Source: an uncultured Clostridia bacterium
GTDB lineage: Bacteria; Bacillota; Clostridia; TANB77; CAG-508
Direction: 5' to 3'
DNA: 54,128 bases
Assembly: GCA_944390515.1 (NCBI GenBank)
Contig: CALXQG010000001.1
Location: 1-54,128, forward strand
Shown here: positions 40,169-49,474 of the stretch, piece after piece
Numbering within the stretch: the first letter of the stretch is position 1
How the letters are laid out: each line of letters begins with the position of its first letter
Translations under genes and position numbers: made by a program
Notes under the pieces: generated by a model
Told to the model about the DNA's origin: nothing
Databases searched by the model: none
What the model saw: the letters and a program-made list of their open reading frames with translations, nothing else

Positions 40169-40747
40169 ATGCTAAATATATTATGGCCAATTTTTATAAT
40201 TTTATCATTTATATATGCACTAATTTCAGGAAAAACTAATCAAATTAATGAAGGAATATTTACTTCAATTTCTGATGCAATACAATTATCTATAACATTT
40301 TTAGGAACTATTTGTTTATGGAATGGAATAATGGAAATTGCAAAAAAAACAAGTCTTATTAAAAAAATGACTAAAATATTAAAACCAATAATAAATTTTT
40401 TATTTCCAGAATTAAGAAAAAACGAAAAAATAAAACAAGAAATATCAATGAATATGATTGCAAATATTCTAGGATTGGGAAATGCATCAACGCCACTAGG
40501 AATAAAAGCAATGAAATCAATGCAAAAAGAAAATTTTAAAAAAGATGTTCTAACAGATTCAATGATGATGTTTATTGTAATAAATACAGCATCAATTCAG
40601 TTAATTCCTACAAATGTTATTGCAATCAGAACCTCATTAAATTCGCAAAATCCAACAGAAATTATAATTCCTGTGTGGATAGCCACAATAATAGCAGCAT
40701 GTGTTGGTGTTTTAATGACTAAAATATTAATAAAAAAAGTAAAATAA
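40169..40747 (+). CDS. spmA: spore maturation protein A
   Basis: Nucleoside-recognition-type membrane protein, paired with spmB. The start is ATG 40169. Confidence 0.85.
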   Translation: MLNILWPIFIILSFIYALISGKTNQINEGIFTSISDAIQLSITFLGTICLWNGIMEIAKKTSLIKKMTKILKPIINFLFPELRKNEKIKQEISMNMIANILGLGNASTPLGIKAMKSMQKENFKKDVLTDSMMMFIVINTASIQLIPTNVIAIRTSLNSQNPTEIIIPVWIATIIAACVGVLMTKILIKKVK

Positions 40748-40758
40748 TAGGGGGAAAA

Positions 40759-41289
40759 ATGACTAATATTATAAATTACATTTCAAGTGCTGCAATACCA
40801 GTAATAATAATTATAATAATTGGATATGGCTTAAAGGAAAAAGTGAAAGTGTTTGATATCTTTTTAGATGGAGCAAAAGAAGGAATAGAAATAGTTTTTA
40901 GAATGATTCCAACACTAATTGGGATTTTTTTAGCAGTTGGTGCATTAAGATATTCAGGCATAATAGATATGATTGTTAATTTAATTACACCTATTACAAA
41001 TCTTTTGGAATTACCAAGTCAGATAATGCCATTAGCATTATTAAGACCGATATCAGGAAGTGCTTCAATGGCAATTGCTGTTGATATAATGAAAAACTAT
41101 GGAGTTGACACATTAACAGGAATAATAACATCTACAATAATGGGGTCAACAGAAACAACTTTTTATACTATTGCAATATATACAAGTTGTGTTGGAATAA
41201 AAAAAACTAGAGGAATTTTATTAGCAGCATTAGCTGCAGATGTTGCTGGAATGATAGCTTCTACAATAATTTGTCGAATTTTGTCGTAA
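40759..41289 (+). CDS. spmB: spore maturation protein B
   Basis: LALLRPISGSASMA and GSTETTFY are present. Confidence 0.85.
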   Translation: MTNIINYISSAAIPVIIIIIIGYGLKEKVKVFDIFLDGAKEGIEIVFRMIPTLIGIFLAVGALRYSGIIDMIVNLITPITNLLELPSQIMPLALLRPISGSASMAIAVDIMKNYGVDTLTGIITSTIMGSTETTFYTIAIYTSCVGIKKTRGILLAALAADVAGMIASTIICRILS

Positions 41290-41326
41290 CTTTTTTGTTG
41301 ACAAATTTTATTATGAGTATTACAAT
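41272..41326 (+). promoter_or_regulatory. tandem Spo0A-box-like operator plus a near-consensus sigma-A promoter
   Basis: TGTCGAATTTTGTCGTAA (41272-41289, overlapping the last spmB codons), an 8-nt gap, TTGACA (41298-41303), a 17-nt spacer, then TACAAT (41321-41326). Confidence 0.55.
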
Positions 41327-41367
41327 AAAGACATAAATTTAATTCAAAAATTTTTAAGGAATCTTAT

Positions 41368-41490
41368 ATGAAATTATTAATTTTATTCATAATATTTTTT
41401 TCGCTATTTATTTTAATCAGAAAAATTATAATAAAAATAATATCTAAAAAATTAATAAAGATGTTAAAAAATAACATTAAAAAAATTTAA
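41368..41490 (+). CDS. candidate 40-aa membrane peptide
   Basis: Translated by hand as MKLLILFIIFFSLFILIRKIIIKIISKKLIKMLKNNIKKI. AAGGAA lies 6 nt upstream. It is the first ORF after the promoter at 41298. Confidence 0.3.
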   Translation: MKLLILFIIFFSLFILIRKIIIKIISKKLIKMLKNNIKKI

Positions 41491-41504
41491 AAAGTTTTTA
41501 ATCT

Positions 41505-41674
41505 TGTAGAGGAAATTAAATAAGTATTATATTATATGCCCCCGAAAAATAATATTAAAATAAAATAAGCCAAAATTAATTGTTGTTCAATCATTTATCT
41601 ATCTAAATATTTATAACTATTAAATTCTAGGAATATCATCCCTTGAAAAGCTCTTTTAAAAAATTTCCTCTACA
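41505..41674. repeat. 13-bp perfect inverted repeats bracketing 144 bp
   Basis: TGTAGAGGAAATT (41505-41517) pairs with AATTTCCTCTACA (41662-41674). Confidence 0.6.
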
Positions 41675-41689
41675 GTAATATATATTAAA

Positions 41690-42166
41690 TTAACGGTGAT
41701 AGGTTTCATTATTTGAAATTTTAAAACCTCTAAATAATTGTTCTAACAAAAATACTCGAATTAATTGATGTGGAAAAGTCATTTTAGAAAAGCAAATCAA
41801 TTCATTTGAATTGTGGATAACTTTTTCAGATAACCCCAAAGATCCACCAATAATAAAGGAAATAGTACTGTTACTTAATTTTAGATTTTCCAATTTTTTA
41901 GAAAAATCTTCGGATGAATATTGTTTTCCTTTTAAATCTAAAGAAATTGTGTAGCTATTATTTATATAGCCAAGAATTTTATTTCCTTCTATATTTTTTA
42001 TATTAGTAGAAACTTTATCATTCAAGCTATTAGGTATTGGTTCATCTGGTATTTCTATAATATCAAGTTTACAGTATTTAGAAAGTCTTTTAGAATATTC
42101 CGCAATAGCATCTTTTAAGTAAGTTTCTTTTATTTTCCCTACACAAATTATATTTATATGTACCAT
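41690..42166 (-). CDS. rlmH: 23S rRNA (pseudouridine1915-N3)-methyltransferase RlmH
   Basis: 158 aa, SPOUT type. MVHINIICVGKIKETYLKDAIAEYSKRL and IGGSLGLS are present. Confidence 0.9.
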   Translation of the reverse strand: MVHINIICVGKIKETYLKDAIAEYSKRLSKYCKLDIIEIPDEPIPNSLNDKVSTNIKNIEGNKILGYINNSYTISLDLKGKQYSSEDFSKKLENLKLSNSTISFIIGGSLGLSEKVIHNSNELICFSKMTFPHQLIRVFLLEQLFRGFKISNNETYHR

Positions 42167-42181
42167 AATAATTACTCCTAA

Positions 42182-42973
42182 TTATGCTATTTCAATTATA
42201 GGACTAGGGGAAGTTCTACTAGCCACATTTATATTTAAATTATCACAATTTATGTTGTTTTCTATAAGTTCATTAACTACGGTTCTATATGCTAACTCAG
42301 GAAAATTATTTTCTTTGCTTAAATGTCCTAACATCACTTTTTTTAGACCACTATTTATTAAATAAGAAATAGTTTTTCCTGCATCTATATTTGCCAAATG
42401 ACCATTAGGACCAGCAATCCTTTTCTTTAGTAAATATGGATATGAAGACATTTTTAAAATGTTGGGGTCATAATTTGCTTCTAATAAAACAAAGCTACTA
42501 TCCTCTAGTTTATGAGCGATATTTGAAGTCATGTGACCAATATCTGTTGCGATACTGATTTTTTTGTTACCAGAATAAATATTAAAACCACAAGGATTAG
42601 CAGCATCGTGAGGAATTTTAAATGGACGAATTTTTAAATCACCAATTTCAAAACTTTCCTCAATAGTAATTTTTTTTATATTTTTACTATCTATTTTATA
42701 TATCTGCTCAGGCATAGCATCTAAAGTTTTGCTATTTGCAAATACAGGAATATCATATTTTTTACAAAAAGTGCCTAATCCTTTAACATGGTCAGAATGT
42801 TCATGTGTAACAATAATACCATTAATATCACTTGGATTAACATTTATTGAGCATAGTGCATTAGTTATTTTTTTGCTACTTTCTCCAGCATCTACTAGTA
42901 TCTTTGTATTAGAAGTTTCTACAAGTAAACAATTCCCAGAACTCCCACTGTATAAACTACAAAATCTAAACAT
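42182..42973 (-). CDS. MBL-fold metallo-hydrolase (YycJ/WalJ-like)
   Basis: The VTHEHSDH motif is present, and the adjacency to rlmH matches Bacillus. Confidence 0.85.
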   Translation of the reverse strand: MFRFCSLYSGSSGNCLLVETSNTKILVDAGESSKKITNALCSINVNPSDINGIIVTHEHSDHVKGLGTFCKKYDIPVFANSKTLDAMPEQIYKIDSKNIKKITIEESFEIGDLKIRPFKIPHDAANPCGFNIYSGNKKISIATDIGHMTSNIAHKLEDSSFVLLEANYDPNILKMSSYPYLLKKRIAGPNGHLANIDAGKTISYLINSGLKKVMLGHLSKENNFPELAYRTVVNELIENNINCDNLNINVASRTSPSPIIEIA

Positions 42974-42988
42974 AGTTCCTCCGTCATA

Positions 42989-44263
42989 TTATTCATTAAC
43001 TCTTTGAATATTAGCTCCTAAACTCCTAAATTTTTCTTCTATTTTTTCATATCCTCTATCTATATGACTTAGATTATATAATTCAGTTGTTCCTTTAGCA
43101 ACAATTCCAGCAATTAATAGAGCTGCTCCAGCTCTCAAATCACTAGCATATACAGGTGCACCAGATAATTCTTTAACTCCCTCTATAACAGCAGTTTTTC
43201 CTTGTGCTGTTATATGTGCCCCCATGTTATTTAATTCATTTGTGTATTGAAATCTAGATTCCCAAATACTCTCATTTATAATGCTTGTACCTTCTGCAAT
43301 TGATAGGACAACTCCCATTTGAGGTTGCATATCTGTTGGAAAACCAGGATAAGGGAGAGTCTTGATATTAGCTTTATTTGGTCTTTTATTTGCCCATACT
43401 CTAATTGTATCTCCTAAATCTTCTACATTTCCACCAATTTCTAATATTTTAGCAGTTATACAATCCAAATGTTCTGAAATACAGTTTTTAATTAAAATAT
43501 CTCCTTTTGTTGCTATAGCAGCAAGCATAAAAGTTCCAGCTTCTATTTGGTCTGGTACTACTGAATATGTACCTTCATGCTTTAATTCTTTTACACCATT
43601 TATTTTTATAACATCAGTACCAGCACCACGTATATCTGCTCCCATTGTATTTAAAAAGTTAGCAACATCAACAATATGTGGCTCTTTTGCAGCATTGTCA
43701 ATAGTAGTTGTTCCTTCTGCTAAAACACTAGCTAGCATAACATTTATAGTTGCACCAACAGAAACGACGTCCATGTATATGGAAGTTCCAACTAGTTTTT
43801 TTGCTTTTGCAGAAATTTTTCCTTGTCCAACTTCAACTTTTGCTCCTAAAAGTTCAAAGCCTTTAATGTGTTGATCGATTGGCCTTGCTCCCAAATTGCA
43901 TCCTCCAGGAAGCCCAACTTCAATTTGTCCTCTTCTTCCAAGCATTGCACCTATTAAATAATATGATGCTCTAAATTTACTAGTTTTGTCTAAAGGAGCG
44001 GCCTTGCCATCAACTTCTCTTGTATCAATAGTAATTTCATGGTCACCATTCCAAGTGATTTTAGCTCCTAAATCAGTTAAAATATCGCAGGTTATTTTAA
44101 CATCACTTATATTAGGTAAATTATTTATAGTGTAGATTCCATTTAATAATAAAGTTGCGGGAAGTATTGCTACAGCTGCATTTTTTGCTCCTCCAATTGT
44201 TACTTCTCCTTTTAATTTTGTTCCTCCTGTTATTACCAATTTTTCCAACTTATGTCCCTCCAT
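42989..44263 (-). CDS. murA: UDP-N-acetylglucosamine 1-carboxyvinyltransferase
   Basis: GGAKNAAVAILPA, LPGGCNLGARPIDQH and FPTDMQ are present. Confidence 0.95.
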   Translation of the reverse strand: MEGHKLEKLVITGGTKLKGEVTIGGAKNAAVAILPATLLLNGIYTINNLPNISDVKITCDILTDLGAKITWNGDHEITIDTREVDGKAAPLDKTSKFRASYYLIGAMLGRRGQIEVGLPGGCNLGARPIDQHIKGFELLGAKVEVGQGKISAKAKKLVGTSIYMDVVSVGATINVMLASVLAEGTTTIDNAAKEPHIVDVANFLNTMGADIRGAGTDVIKINGVKELKHEGTYSVVPDQIEAGTFMLAAIATKGDILIKNCISEHLDCITAKILEIGGNVEDLGDTIRVWANKRPNKANIKTLPYPGFPTDMQPQMGVVLSIAEGTSIINESIWESRFQYTNELNNMGAHITAQGKTAVIEGVKELSGAPVYASDLRAGAALLIAGIVAKGTTELYNLSHIDRGYEKIEEKFRSLGANIQRVNE

Positions 44264-44308
44264 TTATTTATAAATATATGTTAAAGTATAATATGATTTA
44301 CATTTTTC

Positions 44309-44338
44309 AATAAAAATAGAGTTTATAAAAACTCTACC
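44309..44338 (-). terminator. intrinsic terminator after spoIIR
   Basis: On the minus strand: stem TAGAGTTT/AAACTCTA followed by TTTTTATT. Confidence 0.6.
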
Positions 44339-44386
44339 TATAATTTATAACATATTTTTTTGTAAATTACAATAGTAATAAAACTG

Positions 44387-45037
44387 CTATTCTGTTTTTT
44401 TTGCAAGATTTATGTTTTTAAAAAATTCAACAAGACTAAATTTAAATTTAATATCATTGCTTTCATTATCACTAATTAACTTATATTCTTCTGTATTTAA
44501 GTTATCTTGCATGATTTTTTTAGATTCGTCAGGAACTATACCAGATGTTACATCTACAAAGCATAGGGGAGGAAACATTACACACCACCAATTTTGTCCT
44601 TTTGCTTCTCCAATCTCTATTCTTAAAGCATCATAATATCCAGCTGGCAATGAAATGTCGCCATAATATTTAGTAGGAAATTCAAAATTTCCTATTTTTA
44701 TTTCTATAGAATAGTCATATCCATTTTCTTTAATTACATTTTCAGCAATAGATTTAAACTCATATTGATATTTATATGCTAAAGATATGACTTCCTTTTT
44801 AGAATTACACTCTTTAGAAATACTATTCATATATTCCAAAACTGCATCTCTTACTTTGTATTTTAGATTTTGATCTTCTTCTGTATCGCTATTAGCAATT
44901 ACATGTAATCTAAAAACACTATTGGAAATGTCTGTTGACACTGCATTTGTATATGATAAAGCTGATATAAATACAAAAAAAGTAAATAAAATTAATACTA
45001 TAAAAAAACGTTTAAAAAAATTAAATAAATTTCGCAT
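44387..45037 (-). CDS. spoIIR: stage II sporulation protein R
   Basis: A signal/TM segment is followed by FRLHVIANSD and NWWCVMFPPLCF. The start is ATG 45037, after AAAGGGTGA. Confidence 0.85.
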   Translation of the reverse strand: MRNLFNFFKRFFIVLILFTFFVFISALSYTNAVSTDISNSVFRLHVIANSDTEEDQNLKYKVRDAVLEYMNSISKECNSKKEVISLAYKYQYEFKSIAENVIKENGYDYSIEIKIGNFEFPTKYYGDISLPAGYYDALRIEIGEAKGQNWWCVMFPPLCFVDVTSGIVPDESKKIMQDNLNTEEYKLISDNESNDIKFKFSLVEFFKNINLAKKTE

Positions 45038-45082
45038 AAAATTCACCCTTTCGTAAATTATGTATTTTTTCCTTGTACTAAA

Positions 45083-45110
45083 ATTATTTACCAAATTTTA
45101 AATTTTATAC
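45083..45110 (-). promoter_or_regulatory. possible sigma-F-type promoter of spoIIR
   Basis: On the minus strand: GTATA (45110-45106), a 13-nt gap, then GGTAAATAAT (45092-45083). This resembles the forespore sigma-F -35/-10 pattern. Confidence 0.3.
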
Positions 45111-45149
45111 TTTTTTTCCAAAAATTTTTAAAAATTAAAAAAATTTCAT

Positions 45150-45204
45150 TGTCGAAATAAAGGGGACGATTTAGCTTGACTTACGGAAATACAAATGGTA
45201 AAAT
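45150..45204 (+). promoter_or_regulatory. Spo0A box plus sigma-A promoter upstream of the 45280 ORF
   Basis: TGTCGAA (45150-45156), TTGACT (45176-45181), a 17-nt spacer, then TAAAAT (45199-45204). Confidence 0.45.
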
Positions 45205-45279
45205 TTACCACAGAAAAACAAATGAGGCTTTTGGTTTAGAAAAAAACTATTTTATGCCTGGAAGGGAATGGGAGTTATT

Positions 45280-45798
45280 ATGAATTTATTAGATAATAAT
45301 GTAGAAAGATTGTGTAGTTTTTATGTAAGTGATTGGCACTTAGTTACAATGTTACTTCCATATATAAATAAAGAAATAAATGAAAAAGCCAATATTATAA
45401 CAATATTAGAAAATGACATAGAAGAAAATATAAAAATACTAACAAAAAAATTAAATTTAAAAAATGAAGAAAAAATATTTAATCTAAATTGGAAGAAAAC
45501 TAATGGAATTAAATATAAAGAAATAGAAAATAAAATGAAAAAATTAGAAAAAGATGAAGTTTTAAATGTAATTTTTATAAATGGAAACAAAAGCTATATT
45601 GATTTAACAAATAAAAATATTGATAAATTTTTGAAAGAAAATAAAGAAAAATACAAAAAAATAAATATTAAAATAATAGATTGTTATGAAGTAGGGGAAT
45701 TTAATATAAATATGCGTGAAATTTTGGATAAACATAATAAAATTTTAAATACATCAGGAGAAAAGGAGATTTGTGAGGTATTTGAAGGATATGCTTAA
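45280..45798 (+). CDS. hypothetical protein (weak MEDS-domain-like N-terminus)
   Basis: The start is ATG 45280, after GGGAG. FYVSDWHLVTMLLPYI resembles MEDS-type sensory domains, but this is a low-certainty call. Confidence 0.6.
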   Translation: MNLLDNNVERLCSFYVSDWHLVTMLLPYINKEINEKANIITILENDIEENIKILTKKLNLKNEEKIFNLNWKKTNGIKYKEIENKMKKLEKDEVLNVIFINGNKSYIDLTNKNIDKFLKENKEKYKKINIKIIDCYEVGEFNINMREILDKHNKILNTSGEKEICEVFEGYA

Positions 45799-45922
45799 AA
45801 GTTTTTACTTAATACTTGATTTTTTATATGAAATAATATAGAATACTTATATTCTATATTATTTTTATTTAATTGAATAAAAATATTTATAGTGACTAAA
45901 TCAAAGAAGGGAAAGATAAAAA

Positions 45923-46792
45923 ATGGGTGTAAGAAAAGCAGTTATACCAGTTGCCGGATTTGCTACTAGATTTTTACCTGCTTGCAAAAGTTTACCTAAA
46001 TGTATGCTAACAATTTTAGATAAACCAATAATACAATATTTGGTAGATGAAGCAGTAGCGTCTGGAATAGAAGAAATATTATTAGTTGTTGGAAGAAAAA
46101 AAGAAGTAGTAGAAGATTATTTTTCAGAGGATAGAGAATTACAAGATTTTTTAAAGGAAAGAGGAAAAGAACAATTTATTCCACAAGTAACTAATTTATC
46201 AGGAAAAGCAAAAATTCACTTTATAGAAGAAGAGGGCGGTGCAAAAGGACTTGGTCATGCAATATATATGGCTAAAGACTTTGTGGGAAATGAGCCATTT
46301 GCAATAATGTATGGAGATGTTATCATGCAAGGAGAAAAACCATGCTTGAAAGAAATAATAGAACAGCATGAAAAATTAGGCGCTTCTGTAATAGGTGTAG
46401 AAAAAGTAGAGTGGAAAGATGTCCCTAAATATGGTAATGTTTCAGGAGAAGCAATAAATGATAGACTATATAAAGTAGAAAAGATGCAAGAAAAACCAAA
46501 AATAGAAGAAACAAAATCAAACTTAGCAATTTCTGATAGACATGTGCTTATGCCAGATTTATTTGATTTCTTGGCAACAACAAAGCCAGGAAAAGGTGGA
46601 GAAATTCAAGTGACAGATGCATATAACAGTATGGTAAACACAAAAGAAGGCGTATATGCATATGATTATGAAGCAAAAAGATTTGATTCTGGAGATAAAT
46701 TAGGATTTGTGAAAGCTTCAATAGATGAAACATTAAGAAGACCAGAATTAAGAGATGATTTAATTGCATTTATAAAAAGTTTAGAAATTTAA
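45923..46792 (+). CDS. galU: UTP-glucose-1-phosphate uridylyltransferase
   Basis: KAVIPVAGFATRFLPACKSLPKCML and the GEIQVTDA motif are present. Confidence 0.9.
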   Translation: MGVRKAVIPVAGFATRFLPACKSLPKCMLTILDKPIIQYLVDEAVASGIEEILLVVGRKKEVVEDYFSEDRELQDFLKERGKEQFIPQVTNLSGKAKIHFIEEEGGAKGLGHAIYMAKDFVGNEPFAIMYGDVIMQGEKPCLKEIIEQHEKLGASVIGVEKVEWKDVPKYGNVSGEAINDRLYKVEKMQEKPKIEETKSNLAISDRHVLMPDLFDFLATTKPGKGGEIQVTDAYNSMVNTKEGVYAYDYEAKRFDSGDKLGFVKASIDETLRRPELRDDLIAFIKSLEI

Positions 46793-46802
46793 AAACTACC
46801 AT

Positions 46803-46840
46803 AAAAACTATAATTTATTTTTTAAATTATAGTTTTTTTT
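46803..46840 (+). terminator. intrinsic terminator after galU
   Basis: A 12-bp stem AAACTATAATTT/AAATTATAGTTT followed by TTTTT. Confidence 0.75.
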
Positions 46841-46894
46841 ATTAATTTATGATATACTTTCAATATCATATTTAAGAGAGGAAAGTGAGTAATT

Positions 46895-48631
46895 ATGAAG
46901 GAATATGAAGTAAAGTATAATGAATGGCTTAATAATCCTATAATTGATGAAAACAGCAAGAGAGAATTAATAGAAATTAAAGGAAATGAAGAAGAAAAAG
47001 AAGACAGATTTTATAAAGATTTAGAGTTTGGAACAGCAGGTTTAAGAGGAATAATTGGCATAGGAACTAATAGAATGAATAAATATACAGTAACAAAGGC
47101 AACGCAAGGATTAGCAAATTATATTGTAAAGCAAGGCATGCAAGACAAGGGTGTAGCAATTGCATATGACTGCAGAATCATGTCTAAAGAATTTAGCGAG
47201 GAAACGGCACTTTGCTTAAATGCAAATGGAATAAAAACATATAGATTTGAGGACTTAAGACCAACGCCAGAACTTTCTTTTGCAGTAAGAGAACTTGGAT
47301 GCACAGCAGGAATTGTAATTACTGCAAGTCACAATCCTCCAGAGTATAATGGATATAAAGTGTATTGGGATGATGGAGCTCAAATTGTTGAACCTATAGA
47401 TAAGGAAATTATTGAAGAAGTTAATCATGTTACAGATTTTTCTACAATAAAAACAATGAAAAAGGATGAAGCAATAGAAAAAGGTTTATATAATACAATA
47501 GGTACAGAGATAGATGATAAATACATATCAGAATTAAAAAAATTAGTTGTTAATCAAGAAGCGATTACTAAGATGCAAAAGGATATTAAAATAGTATATA
47601 CTCCACTTCATGGAACAGGAAATATGCTCGTTCAAAGAATTTTAAAAGAGCTAGGCTTTGAGAATGTATATATTGTAAAGGAACAAGAAAAACCAGATGG
47701 ACATTTTCCAACAGTAAGTTATCCAAATCCAGAAGATCCAAAAGCATTTGTTTTAGCGTTAGAATTAGCCAAAAAAGTAGATGCAGATATAATATTAGCT
47801 AATGATCCAGATGCTGATAGACTTGGAATATATGTTAAGGACACAGTTACAAATGAGTATATTCAATTTAATGGTAATATGACAGGAAATTTAATTGCAG
47901 AATACATATTATCGCAGAAAAAAGCACATGGAACATTACCAGAAAATGGTGCAATAATTAAAACAATAGTATCATCAAATATGACTGATGCAATTGCTAA
48001 AGAATATGGAGTAAAATTATTTTCAACATTAACAGGATTTAAAAATATTGCTAAAATTATTAGAGGGTTTGAAAAAGATAATTCATATAATTGCTTATAT
48101 TCATATGAGGAAAGTTATGGCTGTATAATTGGAACACATGCTAGAGATAAGGATGGAATTGTTGCAGTTATGACTATATGTGAGGCAGTAGCATATTATA
48201 AATCACAGGGCATGACTTTATGGGACGAAATGAACAAAATGTATGAGAAATATGGTTATTACAAGGAAAGACAAATGTCAATAACTTTAAAAGGCATTGA
48301 AGGTGCAGAAGAGATTAAGAAAATGATGGGAAATATGAGAAATAATCCTAAAAAAGAAATCTCAGGCCTTGAAGTTATGTCATTTGGAGATTACAAGAAA
48401 CAAGAAGTAGTAGATAAAGATGGAAAGGCAACTGCTACAGGACTTCCAAAATCAAATGTACTATATTTTGATTTAGAAAGGAATGCTTGGATATGTGTAC
48501 GTCCATCAGGAACAGAGCCAAAAATCAAGTTTTATATTGGTGTTTGTGAAAAGAGCATGGAAGATGCAGAAAAAGAATTAGATAAACTAGAAAAAGCTGT
48601 AAAAGAGATGGCAGAAGATGCTAAAAAATAA
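46895..48631 (+). CDS. pgcA: phosphoglucomutase/phosphomannomutase family protein
   Basis: The active-site loop TASHNPPEYNGYK and the metal site DPDADR are present. Confidence 0.9.
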   Translation: MKEYEVKYNEWLNNPIIDENSKRELIEIKGNEEEKEDRFYKDLEFGTAGLRGIIGIGTNRMNKYTVTKATQGLANYIVKQGMQDKGVAIAYDCRIMSKEFSEETALCLNANGIKTYRFEDLRPTPELSFAVRELGCTAGIVITASHNPPEYNGYKVYWDDGAQIVEPIDKEIIEEVNHVTDFSTIKTMKKDEAIEKGLYNTIGTEIDDKYISELKKLVVNQEAITKMQKDIKIVYTPLHGTGNMLVQRILKELGFENVYIVKEQEKPDGHFPTVSYPNPEDPKAFVLALELAKKVDADIILANDPDADRLGIYVKDTVTNEYIQFNGNMTGNLIAEYILSQKKAHGTLPENGAIIKTIVSSNMTDAIAKEYGVKLFSTLTGFKNIAKIIRGFEKDNSYNCLYSYEESYGCIIGTHARDKDGIVAVMTICEAVAYYKSQGMTLWDEMNKMYEKYGYYKERQMSITLKGIEGAEEIKKMMGNMRNNPKKEISGLEVMSFGDYKKQEVVDKDGKATATGLPKSNVLYFDLERNAWICVRPSGTEPKIKFYIGVCEKSMEDAEKELDKLEKAVKEMAEDAKK

Positions 48632-48720
48632 AGAACAATAAATTCTTTATTTATGGACTAATTAAAAATAAAAAAATTGCTAAAGATATGTTAAATAAAA
48701 AATTCTTGTAAAATATGAAA

Positions 48721-48765
48721 TAGAAAATAACAAAAGCTGTTTAGCTTTTGTTATTTTCTATTTTT
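48721..48765. terminator. bidirectional terminator between pgcA and the ttcA-like gene
   Basis: An 18-bp perfect stem TAGAAAATAACAAAAGCT/AGCTTTTGTTATTTTCTA with loop GTTT. Confidence 0.75.
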
Positions 48766-49474
48766 CTTCTTTCCATCCATTTATTTTAGCTCGCTTTATA
48801 GCTCCAATTAAGTTAGCCCTAACATTTGGAATTTCAATGGTTAATTTATAAAGTAAATCTTTCATGTATTCTCTTTTAGAAATGCCATCCATTGGACAGT
48901 TCTTTGGCATAACTTTTATATTTTCTCTTTTTATGAATTTCTTAATTTCTTTTTCAGGAGCATATATTAAAGGTCTGATTAAAGTTATTTTTGACCTATC
49001 CATATAGCTTACAGGAGCAAATGTTGATAAATTACCTGCATATAGCATATTTAGGAAAAAAGTCTCTAAAACATCATCTTCATTATGACCTAAAGCAATT
49101 TTATTACAATTATTTTGGGTAGCAGTGGAGTTTAAAATTCCTCTTCTCAAATTTGCACAAAGCGAACAAGGATTTTTTTCTTTTCTAATATCAAATACAA
49201 TTTCTTTTATGTGGCTTTCTGCTTCTACAAAGTCAACATTTATTTTTTCACAAAGCTCTTTTAAAAAATTAGTATCAAAAAACTCAAATCCAGGATTAAT
49301 GCCTACTGCAACTATTTCAAATTTTTTAGGATAAAATCTTTGTAATGCTTTTAGTCCCATAAGTAGTGTTATTGAATCTTTTCCACCAGATAATCCAACA
49401 GCTATTTTATCACCATCTTCTATCATATTATAATGTTCTATTGCTTTTCTTAAATAACCTAATATTTTTTGCAT
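48758..49474 (-). CDS. PP-loop ATPase, TtcA-family tRNA thiolation enzyme
   Basis: GLSGGKDS is the PP-loop. The CSLC and CPMD cysteine motifs are present. Confidence 0.85.
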   Translation of the reverse strand: MQKILGYLRKAIEHYNMIEDGDKIAVGLSGGKDSITLLMGLKALQRFYPKKFEIVAVGINPGFEFFDTNFLKELCEKINVDFVEAESHIKEIVFDIRKEKNPCSLCANLRRGILNSTATQNNCNKIALGHNEDDVLETFFLNMLYAGNLSTFAPVSYMDRSKITLIRPLIYAPEKEIKKFIKRENIKVMPKNCPMDGISKREYMKDLLYKLTIEIPNVRANLIGAIKRAKINGWKEEK

